A stretch of 64,000 bases of DNA from positions 20,646,001 to 20,710,000 of the forward strand of contig OZ365113.1 in the NCBI GenBank assembly GCA_977030845.1, read 5' to 3'. Position numbers and translations under genes: made by a program. How positions within the stretch are numbered: position 1 is the stretch's first letter; each line of letters starts with the position of its first letter. The notes under the pieces are model-generated. The model was not told the origin of the DNA. It ran no database searches and saw only the letters and a list, made by a program, of their open reading frames with translations. Of the stretch, positions 1-13,500 are shown one piece after another. The stretch comes from Fimbriosthenelais zetlandica. Lineage: Eukaryota.

Positions 1-3000
1 GTTTTCCAATCATTAACCCTGTTTGAAAGGTGCTAACGTTAGACTGCTGTTTTAACGTTCTTTTTATTTTGACTGACCACGTTTTGTCATGTCCTACCCT
101 TGTATAGCTCCCAGCTATTCTTATGCAGATGCTGCCTTCTTCAATGACATCACTGTCAGCTTTTGGGGTATCTCTTGAAGATAACTGCTTTAGAAGATCT
201 GCCCAATATCTCAGAATATGGCACATCTGTCCATATTTAGACATCCAACCATTCCACTGTCCCACTTAATGTCTCCATTCTCCCCACCTCCTCTACATCA
301 TTTCCCAAATTCACTTTCCACCCAACCCACCCCAAAACGCGCCCCCTATGTACTGTCCACTCAACTTCACCTCTTCTTTCCGACCAAATACAATATCATG
401 CATCCAGCTATCATTATCAACGGGCTTACAATGGTTAACACCTATCAATTTCAGGCTGATATATCATGTAGCAAGGGGAAGATTTCCCATCGGTATCACA
501 GAGAGGTACTGACACGATTATCAGGGACCGTACGGGGTCAGTTTGCACGGAGATATAAGGGATAGGAGAGGCTGGGATGTCATTATATGTATGGAGCAAG
601 TAGTCTCTATGAGGATCTATGTTTTTAACCTTCCTAACCCGACTGTTTGATATGGAACCCATGCATCAGTTTCCCTCCCAACGTCCATCATGGAGGGACA
701 GGTGGGAAAACCTTCCCAGAGGAAGAAGGAACCCGCGAAATCTTGAGGGGTGAACACTTGCAAAACGATCTTCGACAACTTGGACACCTCTATAGTGGGT
801 ATACCATTACTCTACTATTCTTGGGTATACTCCAAAAAAAGTCCATTCCATCATTACATTAGCTAGAAGCTGGACCACCTGAGTGAAGATGTCCTTATAA
901 AGAAAAGAACTAAAAATGACAAGATTCAATTGCAGTTTACATCTAATGAAAACAAAAATGTGCGCAAAAATGATCCGGTAGGTCTATTAGACGAGAGAAA
1001 AACGTAATAGACCCTGGCATCATCCGAGTAACGCCTTGTTCAATGTGGAATCTGATCTCTGGATGTCATACATAACTTTGATGGGCAGCTCTCAGTTCTG
1101 CTATGTATTAAAACCTATATATAGTGACAGGCAAAGACCATGAATAAGCAAGAAGATGGCATTAAAACCTTATTAGGATGCAGAGAGGACTGGTTTATCG
1201 TGAATTATGGAGGGCCGTTTTTCCTCGCAGCACATTCTGTTGAACATGCTTTGTGCTGTTGGAAAATTCCTAATCTATATGTATCAATACTCTCCAGAGG
1301 CATGCCAGATAAGGTATGGGTCTAGCCTCCACAAGGACATAATTAAAGGTGGCACATAACTCAGGTTGCATATATGGGTCAGGAACCTATTTGAAAAGAA
1401 ACATAGGCTTTATAATAGCATCATGCAGTTTATATAGGCCAATGAAGTGCATTTTTATAAGGGCTAAATGGCCCATGCAGCTAAACCCAATTGTGCATCT
1501 ATTGACTGAATGCAGAATGGGAGACTGAGACTGCTTGAGTCAGATGTCAACGCCTATAGCTCCTATATAAGGTATTACAAGGCTTGAGCGAAAAAACTCG
1601 AAAGCCAGCATCATTTTACGAATGAAAAGGCATAAAATGTAGGATGGGACATTACGACGAAGGGCAGGGAGGCCGAAGAATAATTGCTTTCTCTTTGAAA
1701 CTATTTAATTCATTTCCATAAGAACAGAACTTTTCCATGAAAAATCAATTTTAGCCCCGTGCAAAAGAAGTATTTATCCAAGAGTAATAAATCCTTTTTT
1801 TCATTTCCTTCAGGCGACGAGCTTATACCATGCTCAAAGCAATATGGGATCTGAGCAAAATCCATGCAAGGGATTAGAGACTTTCAATCGGTTCCAATGA
1901 CATTGAAATATCTTTGTAACGAAAGGTGTGGTCCAAGATGTCCTTTTATACTTAGTTTAATCAGAAGCTTTTATTCGTTCTGAATTTTAAAATCTCTTGG
2001 GGCTAAAATGGAAAATTGGTTCAAGTGCCAGCCATGTAAGTTCCATTATTATTTTTCATTGGTCCTTCCAAAACCCGACGTACGGTGATGTTCGGAATGC
2101 ACGACAATCAGTTTCAGAGAAGGGCGCTCATTGTATAGGTGTTAAATAAGATAGGGCATGCAATGCAATATTCATGCTCTTATAAAAATTGCAATTATGA
2201 TTGCTCAACTAATGGAACTAGTTTTTCCACTCTTTCATGCCCATTTGTGACTTCCAATTCTTAGGTAGTTTCCATTCACTTAGTTTTGTGTCTTTACATC
2301 TTTCATGATTACAGGAGGATAAGATAAGAATGCTAGCTTCAGTAGGGGAGTAATTATGGCAGTACTGAGTTCTGGACCATATGGGTACTTTTGTTTTATA
2401 GAACAATGACTCTTGTCGGAAATTCTGAGTGTGGTGGGTTGTTCTAGATGCAATTAGGTATTTCAGGGACAGACAGTGCCAGATAAGTTAGGTAGGTCCC
2501 ACTTATATTCTTCACAGTGTTTCAAGATACATTCAGAAGGTTTTCCTCATTTTACTTTCCACATTCAGTCATCACAATTTCATTCGGCATGGAATGGCTG
2601 ACTAAATCAATGAGAATCTCTTACGTTCCACATGTTCATTGCTAGTGTCCTTATCAAATCTGGGCTATGTCTGCCTGCACGGGGGGAGCTTCCTATTCTA
2701 GACATGGAATTGGAATCAGAACATTGTCCTACATAAAGAGTTCCATAATCGCAGCTATGGGCTGCTGGGTCCAATAGAAAGTGCCTCTTCAAGTATGCGT
2801 CTTAACCTCACCTCTCAACAGGCCCTCCCACTGCGACGCCCAATTTACTAAAGACATGACAGCACTCCAAACTAAGCACAGATGTGAATGTCTGTAAGAG
2901 CAGTCATTAAAGAAAGTCTCTCACGGGAGGTGAGAACATGCAAAATTGGCGAGAACATTATACGAGACCTGAGGCAAGTGGAGGAGAGTGTGGGAGAGAA

Positions 3001-6000
3001 TGAAGTGTCTTGTCCTTGACAGAAACACAAGAAATTTCAGTCAGTGTTAAAAGCCCACGTTAAAATTAGGTCTTTTGCAAGATGATGCTGACAGCTTTTA
3101 CATGCAGCTGTTACAAAATCACGGCCATCATTTTTATAAGCTTCATGACCTTGAAGGAAAGGCTTTGACTGAGAAAACTATCATCTTACAATTAAGATAA
3201 ATCAAATTGAAAGAGGTACTTTTCTTTGCATGGAACATAGAACACGTCGTTTCGATCAAAGAACTTGCTGAGTCATGCCCTGAAGGGAGTTCATGGAATC
3301 TGCCTGACATCTGTTCACATGAAGATACTATTAGCAAACAGACGGATGACATTATAAGCTTAGGGATTTCTCTAAAAGGTAAACCGAGATGTTCGACGAA
3401 GAGAAACATTAGATTTCAGGTGGATTACCTCCTGCTATATAGTCATAGCTATAAAGTGTATCATCTGAGCGTAGACACATGCTTGTTTATATATAAGCTT
3501 AAGCATGGAACACACTAATTCGATTCTCTATCCGGCCGATAGCTGTCCGAAACTATAGTTCTACTCACACCCAATATTGAGCAGTCCTTTACACCAAGGT
3601 AAGGCTAAACATTGACAGAATTTCAACCTTTATATGTCATTAAAAATAGGGTATCGGATGGCGAGGGATTGGAGAATCGGATTAGTGTGTTCCAGGCTTT
3701 AGGCAGTATTATAGGAAAGAGTATACAACAGAATACTATCTAGTATTGTGGGTATACTCTGTTCTCAAGGGATCTATTCATATGAGGAATAGAGGCATTC
3801 ACACAATGGATTATGTAGCAATAAGAACGAAGTGCTACATTATTACTACTGTCCAACATATATGCATGACCATCATCACATGTACACGTCAAAACATCCC
3901 ACCATGCAAATTCAGGAAGCCAAGTCACATCTTGCCCACTTCGTGGCAAATATTGGATGAGCAAGCATGATCAACATAATACCAACATTGATATATCAGG
4001 ATATGCACGTCTGAAATTCTATACATCTGCTCATAATCATTAAGCATTTGCTACACTGTTTTAGACTTTCCCTCCAATTGATTAACACTCGATGTCATAG
4101 TATATCCCTGGAAAAAATACGAAGATTGTTTATTGATGTGGTCTTAGAGACAATTACTAAAAACAGCTTCATCCATCTAATGACACAATGCTGATGTATT
4201 CCCCAAAAAAGTTATTGATATCCTTTGAGACCGATCAGAGCTATATTATTGGAAATAAAAACCCGATAAAATCTGATGGATAGCTAAATCGATGTAGTAA
4301 CATGCTTTATGCTTTGAAGCTTGTCTGATAAATATTTAAATAGATAGAGTATCAATCGCAAGGATCAAAAATGAACATTTTTCCCCGAGTATAGCCCTTA
4401 GAGAGTCTTCAGTTCTCATTGATTCCTGGCAAAGCTTAATCGGATTTAGTAAGCAATTCTATACTCATAAAAGTGACTACTTTCATTTAGATATGTCCCC
4501 AGGGAATCGACAGTTCTGAGAAGTGTCTGAACGAATAGAGCATACAAAAAATGCATCCATAGTTTGGTTCAGTCCTACGTACTTCATCGTTTTCTAATTC
4601 AACTAAGGTTAAATCAAATTGGTATTGAATAACTCGCGGAGAAACTTTTCTCCTCCAATCAGATCTTTAGGCACTTTGTATATCAATCTCATGCATGATT
4701 ATTGTATAAAGGTGAAGAAGCCTTGTAGGAAGGCCTAACTATAGAGGGAAGGCCCAGCGGTCAGTGTAAGTGGTATATGGGGAGTGGGATAATGTCCTGG
4801 TAACAGACTCTCAACTACCACTCTCCAGTCCACTTGGCCATGTCACCTTGAGTGGTAACAATAGTTCAGCTGGTGAGCATTTACCACTGACAGAGTGAAG
4901 CTAATTCACAGGCCAAAAGACTTCTCTCGTCAACACAACTGATGGAAGGGCTGGTCGGTCAACGACTGGTCTACTTGAAAATTGGCTGGATTAAGAGTAG
5001 TTCTCACATTGGTGGTAAACGCTAAGTGCAATTTGAATTATGCCGCACTTGTTGTAAGATTAGGTCCAGATAAAGAACTGAACAACAGTATCAATATGGT
5101 CAGATAGTGCTGTCAAACCTAAAAAGCTACCGATCACAATTATGACAAGCAATTCAAAAGAAAAGACTATTGAGATTGTAATACAATGCTGTTGACCTAA
5201 GGTGGTATGCGCAGCTTTCCTCAATATGGGCGTCTCATAGGCTTTTACTGTGCAAAGCGAGTAAGGGAAGGAGTGGTGTGGTATGGCACGATTCCACGAC
5301 ATGACATATAATAGAGGGACCATAGACTTTATATCGACTAAATATAACAAAGAGTGAATCTTTCCCCCAGGACTCTACAGTAATGATCACACAGAGGTGT
5401 CTATTCTATTATCCATATGTCCAATTTCCCAAAGGATAGAACCTGTTCTTGAGGTCGTGGTTCTGTATTTGTTTCCTAAATGTGAGTCTATCCTAATAGT
5501 GTTTGGCAATGGGCCATGCTGTCCACGAGCAAGAGTTGGTTCCGGGTTTGTTATGCAAGGATTCCCTGGTGACCCCTTCGGTTGACCGCAAGCCAAACTG
5601 TCAGCTTTTCCCGGCCTCCCATCCATCCCCTCGGCCTCTGTTTTCATGGCAATCTTCCTTAGGCGCCAAACCTTATTTACATAGCGAGTAGATTGTCGCG
5701 TCTATTTCTGTGAGGTCAGTTTTCTCCACATTCTGGCTTCTGTCTACACTAGGCAAGTGGCTTCAACGTTTCAGGTGTCACTACAGTGTTTGCGATGGTC
5801 AGATCAAATGCGAAAGCCCCGCCATACTTACAGGCCATTAGTCAACAGCACCAAAGTTTGGTCAACAGTGTGATCTGGCTGATATGTGGAAGAATGAGTA
5901 TGGGTGCTGGGTGGCCTTTGACTTTAAAGGCATCTGAATGAAAGGATAGCTTCCTCAAAGAGACTGACACCCAGGTTATGGACACGTCCTAGCAGAACGG

Positions 6001-7049
6001 ACAGACAAAATTAAAGGCTGTTCATATAGAGACTATCCATGTGTTTAGCAGGAATTATTTTCAAGAAAAGTAGAGAGATGGCTCAATTTTCTTTTCTTCA
6101 AAGTTCTAAACAGTTCATTTTACAAGAGACCAATTTGTGGAACCTTAAATACTTCCTCTCCCTAACTCTATATTTCACAATTTGAACTGATATATTGGCT
6201 AGAGTAAGAGGCCCGGGTGCAGTATTTCTCTTGCTTCTTTCGCAGAGGAGTATATCACAGATGTTGTCAGAAGCGGGTTGGCAATGCTTAATGATAAAAT
6301 ATACCAATGGCCCACTTGAAATCGGCATCAGAAAAAGTGCCTGCCTAAGCATTCCAGATCAGTTTTCACTTTAGGGCTTTTCTATTGAAATTGATAGCCT
6401 CTAGGCAAGGGACAGGAAATTATCCTACCAATACGTACCCAACCACAGACTTGTGGATGCCAGCAGCTCTAATGCCTTTGTCTATGATATAATTACACAC
6501 CCTAATGGGTTTATGGATTGGAGATCATCGAGTGTAGATGAGTGGCACATGCTTCCATGCAATCCATGTATCAGACACACCAGCTTACATGGCGAATTAA
6601 AAAATCAAACTATGGAAATTAATTACTTCCCCACCCATTCTTCCTGTTCTCAAGGTCCTTACCACTGGAGCTATGAGCTTGACAGGGCATATATTATATA
6701 CAGGGAGGCTTGAAATAATGAAGAAAAAATCTGACTGAGAAACAGTGACAGTCTAAATCATATAATACTTCTTATTTCTTTTCGGGTCCTTTTTACTGAC
6801 ACACATGGATATAATGAGGTCCCTTTCCATTGATTCATCATGACCTTCAGCGATATAGTTCCACAGTCTCTTATAAAGAAGCTTTAAATATGTACTTCAC
6901 ACTGGAACGATGCATACAGAGAGCAGCCTCAGATCTCTAAAACTGATCGATGAATCCACCATATAACTCTTATCTATAGAAATGAGAAAGTTCCTCCTCA
7001 CAACAATCTGCAAGAAACTTTGCCCCTATACTTGTGTTCCGGTTGAGGA

Positions 7050-7258
7050 ATCTGCGAGATCTTACTGTCGAGATTGTGAGGCTGGGTGGTCTGGTCCAGG
7101 AGGTCTGGGATTCGTATGGCCACTGACTTGACATTGACCATTACCTGGACCCTTCAACTGGTCACTATCTGGGCAGTGACCCGAGGTTTTACTCTATTGA
7201 CTGGCTATCAGTTATCCCAGCCCTGTCTGAGTCTGTATCGTATCATCACCCGACTTAC
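7050..7258 (-). pseudogene. Degenerate fibronectin type III-like exon remnant downstream of the Ig exon
   Basis: One minus frame reads VSRVMIRYRLRQGWDN**PVNRVKPRVTAQIVTS*RVQVMVNVKSVAIRIPDLLDQTTQPHNL. The spacing fits FN3 strands E-F (L-x7-V-x3-A), with the conserved Leu replaced by TGA (7156-7154). Further stops lie at 7210-7205, and a TAA lies just upstream at 7264-7262. Confidence 0.35.
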
Positions 7259-7577
7259 ACATTACATTCCTGATGCCCCTTCTAACAAAGATCAATATCT
7301 AATGTTCAGGCTTGGTGAATAAAATAGTCTCCTGCAGTTCATATATCATCTGGTAAAAATATAGATGTGCACTTGCTAATCTACTCGATTATGGACACAT
7401 TAGAAGAAGTACAAGTAGATAAGCCGATTAAGAGAACTTTAGGGATGGGTAGTTTTTCACCAGCCTTTTCTGATCAACAGATTGTCTTTATTCCTTTGCA
7501 AGTGAAGCCTTTTCCTTCAGTTACTACCAGACACATTATAGAAGACATCCTTTGAAAAGAGAGAAATGAAGACATAC

Positions 7578-7868
7578 CTTCAACAATAAGTTGTGCATTC
7601 ATGGAAGTGGTTGAGTCCCCTGCCGTAGCAATACAGGTATAAACTCCAGTATCCTGAATAGTGGTGTTCACTATAGTCAATGAGTAATCTAACTTATCCC
7701 TCCATATTCGTGGAGTCTTTTTCATTCTCAGTCTCTCATCATCTTTTCTCCATTGTATGACCGGTGGACCATGGACCAGGGAGTCCACCACAGCTTTGCA
7801 GGAGAATCGGGCTGTAGCACCTGCTCGTAACCTCTGATGTTTTGGGCCTTGTGTAATAGTAACTTTTG
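7578..7868 (-). CDS. Internal coding exon encoding one Ig I-set domain; resembles the membrane-proximal Ig domain of L1CAM/neuroglian/contactin-type Ig-FN3 adhesion proteins
   Basis: Stop-free 291-nt exon (97 codons), phase 1-1. Acceptor is ...tttttgttctttcag| and donor is GAAG|gtatgt. The translation KVTITQGPKHQRLRAGATARFSCKAVVDSLVHGPPVIQWRKDD...SLTIVNTTIQDTGVYTCIATAGDSTTSMNAQLIVE has the canonical B-strand Cys, C-strand Trp, LxI and DxGxYxC motifs. Family assignment is from remembered similarity only. Confidence 0.85.
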
Positions 7869-10474
7869 CTGAAAGAACAAAAAGTATCGATATGAGGAAG
7901 ATGTCCATGTATTGAAATAAATGGATTTGAACCTGATGAAGTTATACCATAGAATCTAAGCAGAATGGTTTGTTAAATGGAACATCGGTTTGCACTGTGA
8001 CAAGCCTGGAAAAATCCATTAAAGACAAAAGAAGCCCCATCCAGATTTTAAGGGTGACGGAACTGAACGTTAAATTGCAGGCGAATGCCTCGATGTTGCA
8101 GCATTAATTATCATTAATTTCACAGGGAGAGAATTATGAAGTGAGTAGACTGGTGAATAGTTGGATTAGAGGAGATAACGGGCTCACACTGCATCACATG
8201 TCAGCTACCAGCATGGGAACAACAGAACTATGTTAGAGTGATAGAAAGACACCCTGCCATATCATCGACACAAGGACCCACCTGCTAGGTTTTATATGGA
8301 CCTATTGTTCATTAATCTGAGCACAAGAGGACAAAGATAGCAGTGACAGGCAACCTGAAAGGTTCCCAGGATATTGTATCCTCTACTCGACAGAGTGGAG
8401 TATCGCATAAAATAGCAAGAGGTCTGTTTTATCGGATGGGTTCACCCTCCTCAGGCATCACATAATGCTGCTCCAAATGATAAGAGGGTAAACCATAAGT
8501 GCGACCATACCGCTCTAATTCTGACATAGGGATTGTTCTGATTCCTTTTACTAATATACACGCTACACCCCAAAAAAATCGATTGCTTTGATTTGACATT
8601 ATTTGCCAGAATGTTAATGTTCAGAAAGGTTATGAATCGAAAGAAGTTCCAAAGCAAAGGTAATTATTTGGGTGGAGCCTGGAGGGAAGCAACCGTTTTG
8701 CCAATGACATTAAAGGCCAACCTTGGAACATCACAATCTGCCAGAAATGAACCAAAAGATGTGGTTCTGGTTAGACATGTGAGTGACAATAAAGTGAAAA
8801 ATCATTATTAGGCTTAATTTAGATGAAAATTTACAATGGTACAATATCATCAAAGTCTTTACTACAAACTGCCAATGATGTCAATGAAATGGACTGTACT
8901 GAGAGGAACTCCATAAGTCTCAGTATTGAACCAAAAACTTTGTTAGATAATGATTATGTTACATTTTACATATATTTGGGAACTGAAATAATAAACGTTC
9001 ACAATCTGCAAAGGAACCATAAAGGAAGTACATATTTTTTAGTGCAAGGCAGGTGTAGTGGGCTGTAAAGAGTTATATCAAAATTGAATATATGGTTTCA
9101 GCAGATGTACACCCACTTTCCAAGGCTACAACTAAAGCATCTTGACTATCTATACATTAAGGAAAGAGGGAAGGGAATAGATGGAGACAGTGAGTGAGAG
9201 TTTGGTTGGTAACGTGGTAACGTTCAGCCCTATGTCAGAGGACACGACCTAACAAGATATGGCTTCCTGGACAATGTCTTTTAGAAGAGTGGAACCAGCA
9301 TAAAATGCTGTCCACACATATGAAAATCCACCACTGGTTTACCAAAATGAAAGAACCTAGACCTGTTGGTTGATTTTTTATAATAAAAATACTATTTTTA
9401 CTAGGACCTAAACATTATGTTTTTTCTAATATTCACATTCAGTCAAACATTCAGCTCAAAGAGCAGATTTACCTGCTACTGAAACTTAAGAGGATATTGA
9501 AGGACTCAAATATCTAAGTGAAATGTTAGATAACCCCACTAAAAAGTCATGATCCAGGAGAGCTGAAGATGCAAACACTGTTTTTTTGAGCATTTTGTTT
9601 AAAAAGACAATTCTGCAGTTCAATGAATTTTGACAGAATTGTTTTTGCAGCTTGTAAAAGTGCATGCAGATCTCCTTTGTAGTGAGAAAAAATTCACTTT
9701 ATTTTGCTGGAGATTCCCGTATTTAAATCCTTCCATTTCAATCCACCTGACCATTCGGCTGATTAAAAGGTTATTTGATTAGTCACGGGAGACAATAAAT
9801 GGAGGAAAGATTATATGGACGTGCATTATCAAATGTTGTGTTCCCAAAATTCAGAGTGTAATGGTCATAAAATCCTCCTTTGCCTCAAGGGGAAACTGAT
9901 CACAAAAAGCATTACATCTAGAATAAAATCTTCCATGATCTAAAAGACGAGTGCTTCTCCATTATCCAAGCTTTTGGAAGTGAAGAAATAATGATTTCTC
10001 CCACTCTCGCTATCACTACCACATCATTATCACTTCAATGCTGTGGAAACCGTGCCATTTTTATCACTAATATCGCAATCACTCAACAAATAGTGTAGCC
10101 GTTTCAAGAAAATTGCCAACTTGTCTCAGCCGTTGGAAGAAGGAGGTCGTGAGATTAAAATGTGGACTAGGAGAATTTATGGAATCACAGTTCAATTGTA
10201 CGAGTAGCTTTTCCTCGAGTTTCATCCAAGAATGGTTCATATCCTTCACAGTATCTTCAGCTTATAACACTGTTCCGTCTCCTCCATGCACATCCCTCCT
10301 CTCTAGTGGCAAGCACTTAAATTTGGTTTCAATGACATTGAAGACAAAATTCCCTATAAAATATCTGAATGTTAAAAGAGGAATCTTGTGAAACAGTCAA
10401 GATTTGAAAGTGATGAATTATGCACTTTCAAGCTGCCTTGCCGAAAGGTTAAAAACCAAAATCTGTTGAAGAAA

Positions 10475-10540
10475 TCTCTTTGGGGATTCGAACCCTGTCC
10501 TTTAGGCAATGAAGTTGCTCAAGCTGTCTCCCCTCCCTGA
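10475..10540 (-). mobile_element. tRNA-derived SINE-like head remnant (Pol III B box)
   Basis: The minus strand reads CAGGGTTCGAATCCCC (10497-10482), a consensus B box/T-loop. The flanks do not fold into a cloverleaf. Confidence 0.35.
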
Positions 10541-13500
10541 TAGCCTTTTAATATTGATAAGCACGGTACTACAGCACCGTGTCCCACCAGGTATGAATCA
10601 TGCAGGAAAAAGGTTACTTTCACGCCAACACATCAGGATGTACACAGAATCTCATGCTAGATTCATCATGTTCAAACCTCATGAGGCTCACTATATAGAT
10701 AACATTGTCTAAACGACCATGTACCAATTCTATTGCTAGCAGATTTTGATTTTCCCACATACATCTGGATGCTGTCTGGGACTTTTTTTGCCTAATTTTG
10801 TCTGGCTTAACCATTCATATGACCCCATCCGCGATTAGTTACTCTCCAGATGCTACTATGTCAAGGGACTCTGTGGTGAGGATGCTCATCAAGAATTTAG
10901 ACAATAGGGAACATGATGGCATCAGATTGAAAGATATATATAGCTCTAAAGATCAGATACCGCATGCGAGTATTCATAGTATATTTTACAGTTTGTGGAA
11001 GGGTCTCCTTTTCAAAGATATCATCCTCACAAACTTTCTCAGGCTACCACAGCAGTCTCATTTATCTTCAATAAATCCCTTCATCAAGGATTACGTTCAA
11101 CTTTTCAGAAATTATTAAGATGACCACTACAGATAGTCTAGACAGGTTCCAGTAGTAAAAAATAACTTCTAATATGTCTATACATCGACTACAATCTGCT
11201 AGATACTATGCCAATTCAAAAACTGCCTGTATCCTTCATATGCAAAGTAGTGCATTGTTTTTCATATATATACTATGCGTTTAAATATTCCGGCTGACTC
11301 GCATATATGCTTATGGAAAGGCTTTATGAACAGTATTCTGCAAGACCATACAATATACCAGGTTGGTCTGGGGACACATCTAGTTCTGTATAATGAAGTC
11401 ACTTTGAGGTCTATTGCTGAATCCTCCCATGACAACTGCTTGCTATACATCAAACTTGATAACAGTTGGAAGCTGCAAGTATTGTGATGCTGCTACTCTG
11501 CTCTATTAAATATTCATCGATAAGTCTCAAAAGACATGATACTACATTTTTGAAAGGCTTTATGACAACTTTCAAATAGGTTTACTGTCATCTGTCAATG
11601 GCGATATATATGCACATTTACGGTACAAAGTCTGTTTGTGTACCGTTATTTTCCCTACGTAGTGTGAACACATCGCGGTTGAAAGTGTGAAAGAGCTTGG
11701 GTCTTCAAGGCGCTTGTTTTATCAAAGGCTGTCCCGGTCTCTTTCATGAAAGATTAATGTCCTGACACATATGAGCCTGTTCAGCTTTGTTACTTCCCTC
11801 ACAGTGAGGCTATGGATAATGGCTGTTGGTTCTCAGCTGCCTATGAGGTCTTTAGCCTACAATGTCATTGAATGCTGATAATCCCTTGGCTTAGATTAGG
11901 TTTCCCCTGAAGAAATAATTTCAGGGCCTCTTAAGGATTCGAAGGCAAATATTATCATTGTGCTTTTTTAATATGGCTTTGAAATTAAATTAAGGGCATT
12001 TAAATCTTATGGGCCATTTCAATGAGGCTTCATATTGTCTTGTAGTATATTGTCTTGTAGACTCCAATATTGTATTAGGGATTATGGGGAGGGAGGTAGT
12101 GCAACAAATACATGTACAGGGAAGGGTAAACCAGAATTTCTATTCAGTATACGAACCTTGCACGAAATAATACATGTATTCAGTCATAGTGCAGAAATGC
12201 CCTCGAAAGTACACTAAATGTTTACAACTCTCCAAGAGGCTCATTTCCTGTAGATGGGTATATTTCTCAGTGAATGGTGAATGGTCGTCACATGCATGCA
12301 AGACCACGACGGGAGCTGTCCACTTTGATACATTTTGATACTAGATATCAGTCCGAGGGCAGGCGCCCAAGAATTTCTGAGCTGCCGTCAAAGAAAGGCC
12401 TGATAAATCTGATTTGTTTTCATGCAACAGGCAGTGAGTGCCAAGCTTTTGTGGGGAGGATGATGCTGCAGAGAGGGTAAAGATGATGAATACTTGGGCG
12501 CTTATAAGTGGATTTGCTTTTGTGTGATGGACAGCCTTGTTTATGTGAGTAGCTATTAGAAATAGGGCTAGAGTACAGTGGGTGGGTGAGAAGGAATAAA
12601 TAATCTACACTTGTTAGTCTGTGGAGACAAAGGAAGCTAGAGCAAATGAAAATTACTCATTCAAGAACAAGAAACTTGTAAAATTCTGCATGAGTTCGTA
12701 CTGACGAAAATACCCTTAACTTACTTTAATACTGACAGCGTGACCGTCTACAAATGCATAACACTTTTAGGTATATACCATAATACTTGTTCATCAGATA
12801 TTATATAGTGTAAAACAAGCTGTAGGAATAATCGATGATGGAAATTTATCAACTTCAAGGAGAAGCGATAGCCTACTGCATCATTTTTGTCAAGTCAATT
12901 TCTTGTAGTCCTTAGATAAAAAATAAATCAGGTTCTTGTAATTAGGAATCAAGCGTACTTCATATATGTATGGCAGCATACCATTATCTCTATCTATCCC
13001 TTTTTCATTGAGATCGAACAAGGTACTTAAGATGTAGAAAAATACAACCTTCCTTTCATTAGATCCAGTTCACATCTGTCAGTCAGCTAAAACTTAATGT
13101 TCAGAGGTGGCCGCGGAGAGATTTATGGACTGCATTAACCCAGCTTGCATCCATCATCTTCAATGATAGCTTCATTATCTTCCAGGTTCTAGGTCATTGA
13201 GACTCCTACCTGGATTAATACAGTGCTATTTGTACCATGCTTATTCAGGGCACTTACAGATCATCCGTCTCAAGCCTTTCTGATACATCCAATCCGTTTT
13301 TTCTGATTGCTTCAGTAAACAATATTCCTTTTGCACAGCTCCATATAATCTATGCCACAATTCGGAAAACCCTTCTGGAATACATACAGTGCAAATCTAC
13401 ATCTTTACTGAAATCAATTATTGAGGTGGCCAGGCATAGGCCTATTTATCGGAATATTTTATATCTGTATTAAATGTAACGATGGTATTGCACTGGCAAT

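Noticed and set aside
1789-1930. Strong plus-strand splice acceptor
   Set aside because: All three frames hit stops before the next plausible donor.
5387-5647. Collagen-like ORF (GMDGRPGKA...GSPGNP...GQHGPL)
   Set aside because: Gly-X-Y runs are only 2-3 triplets and are interrupted. Another frame gives a weak FN3-like LAVNRRG, and neither reading is supportable.
6098-6352. FN3-like words (APGP...IVKYRVRE) in a minus ORF; similar at 2218-2406
   Set aside because: The conserved Trp/Tyr/Leu spacing is not met and no consistent splice sites are present.
7050-7270. Stop-codon reassignment or readthrough explaining interrupted coding-like frames
   Set aside because: TAA, TAG and TGA all occur, frameshifts are also needed, and the intact Ig exon has no in-frame stops.
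10475-10540. tRNA gene
   Set aside because: Only the T-loop/B box is present; the acceptor, D and anticodon stems do not form.
11316-11565. 14-bp direct repeat GAAAGGCTTTATGA, 236 bp apart
   Set aside because: No TIRs or LTR features lie between the copies; compatible with chance or a local duplication.
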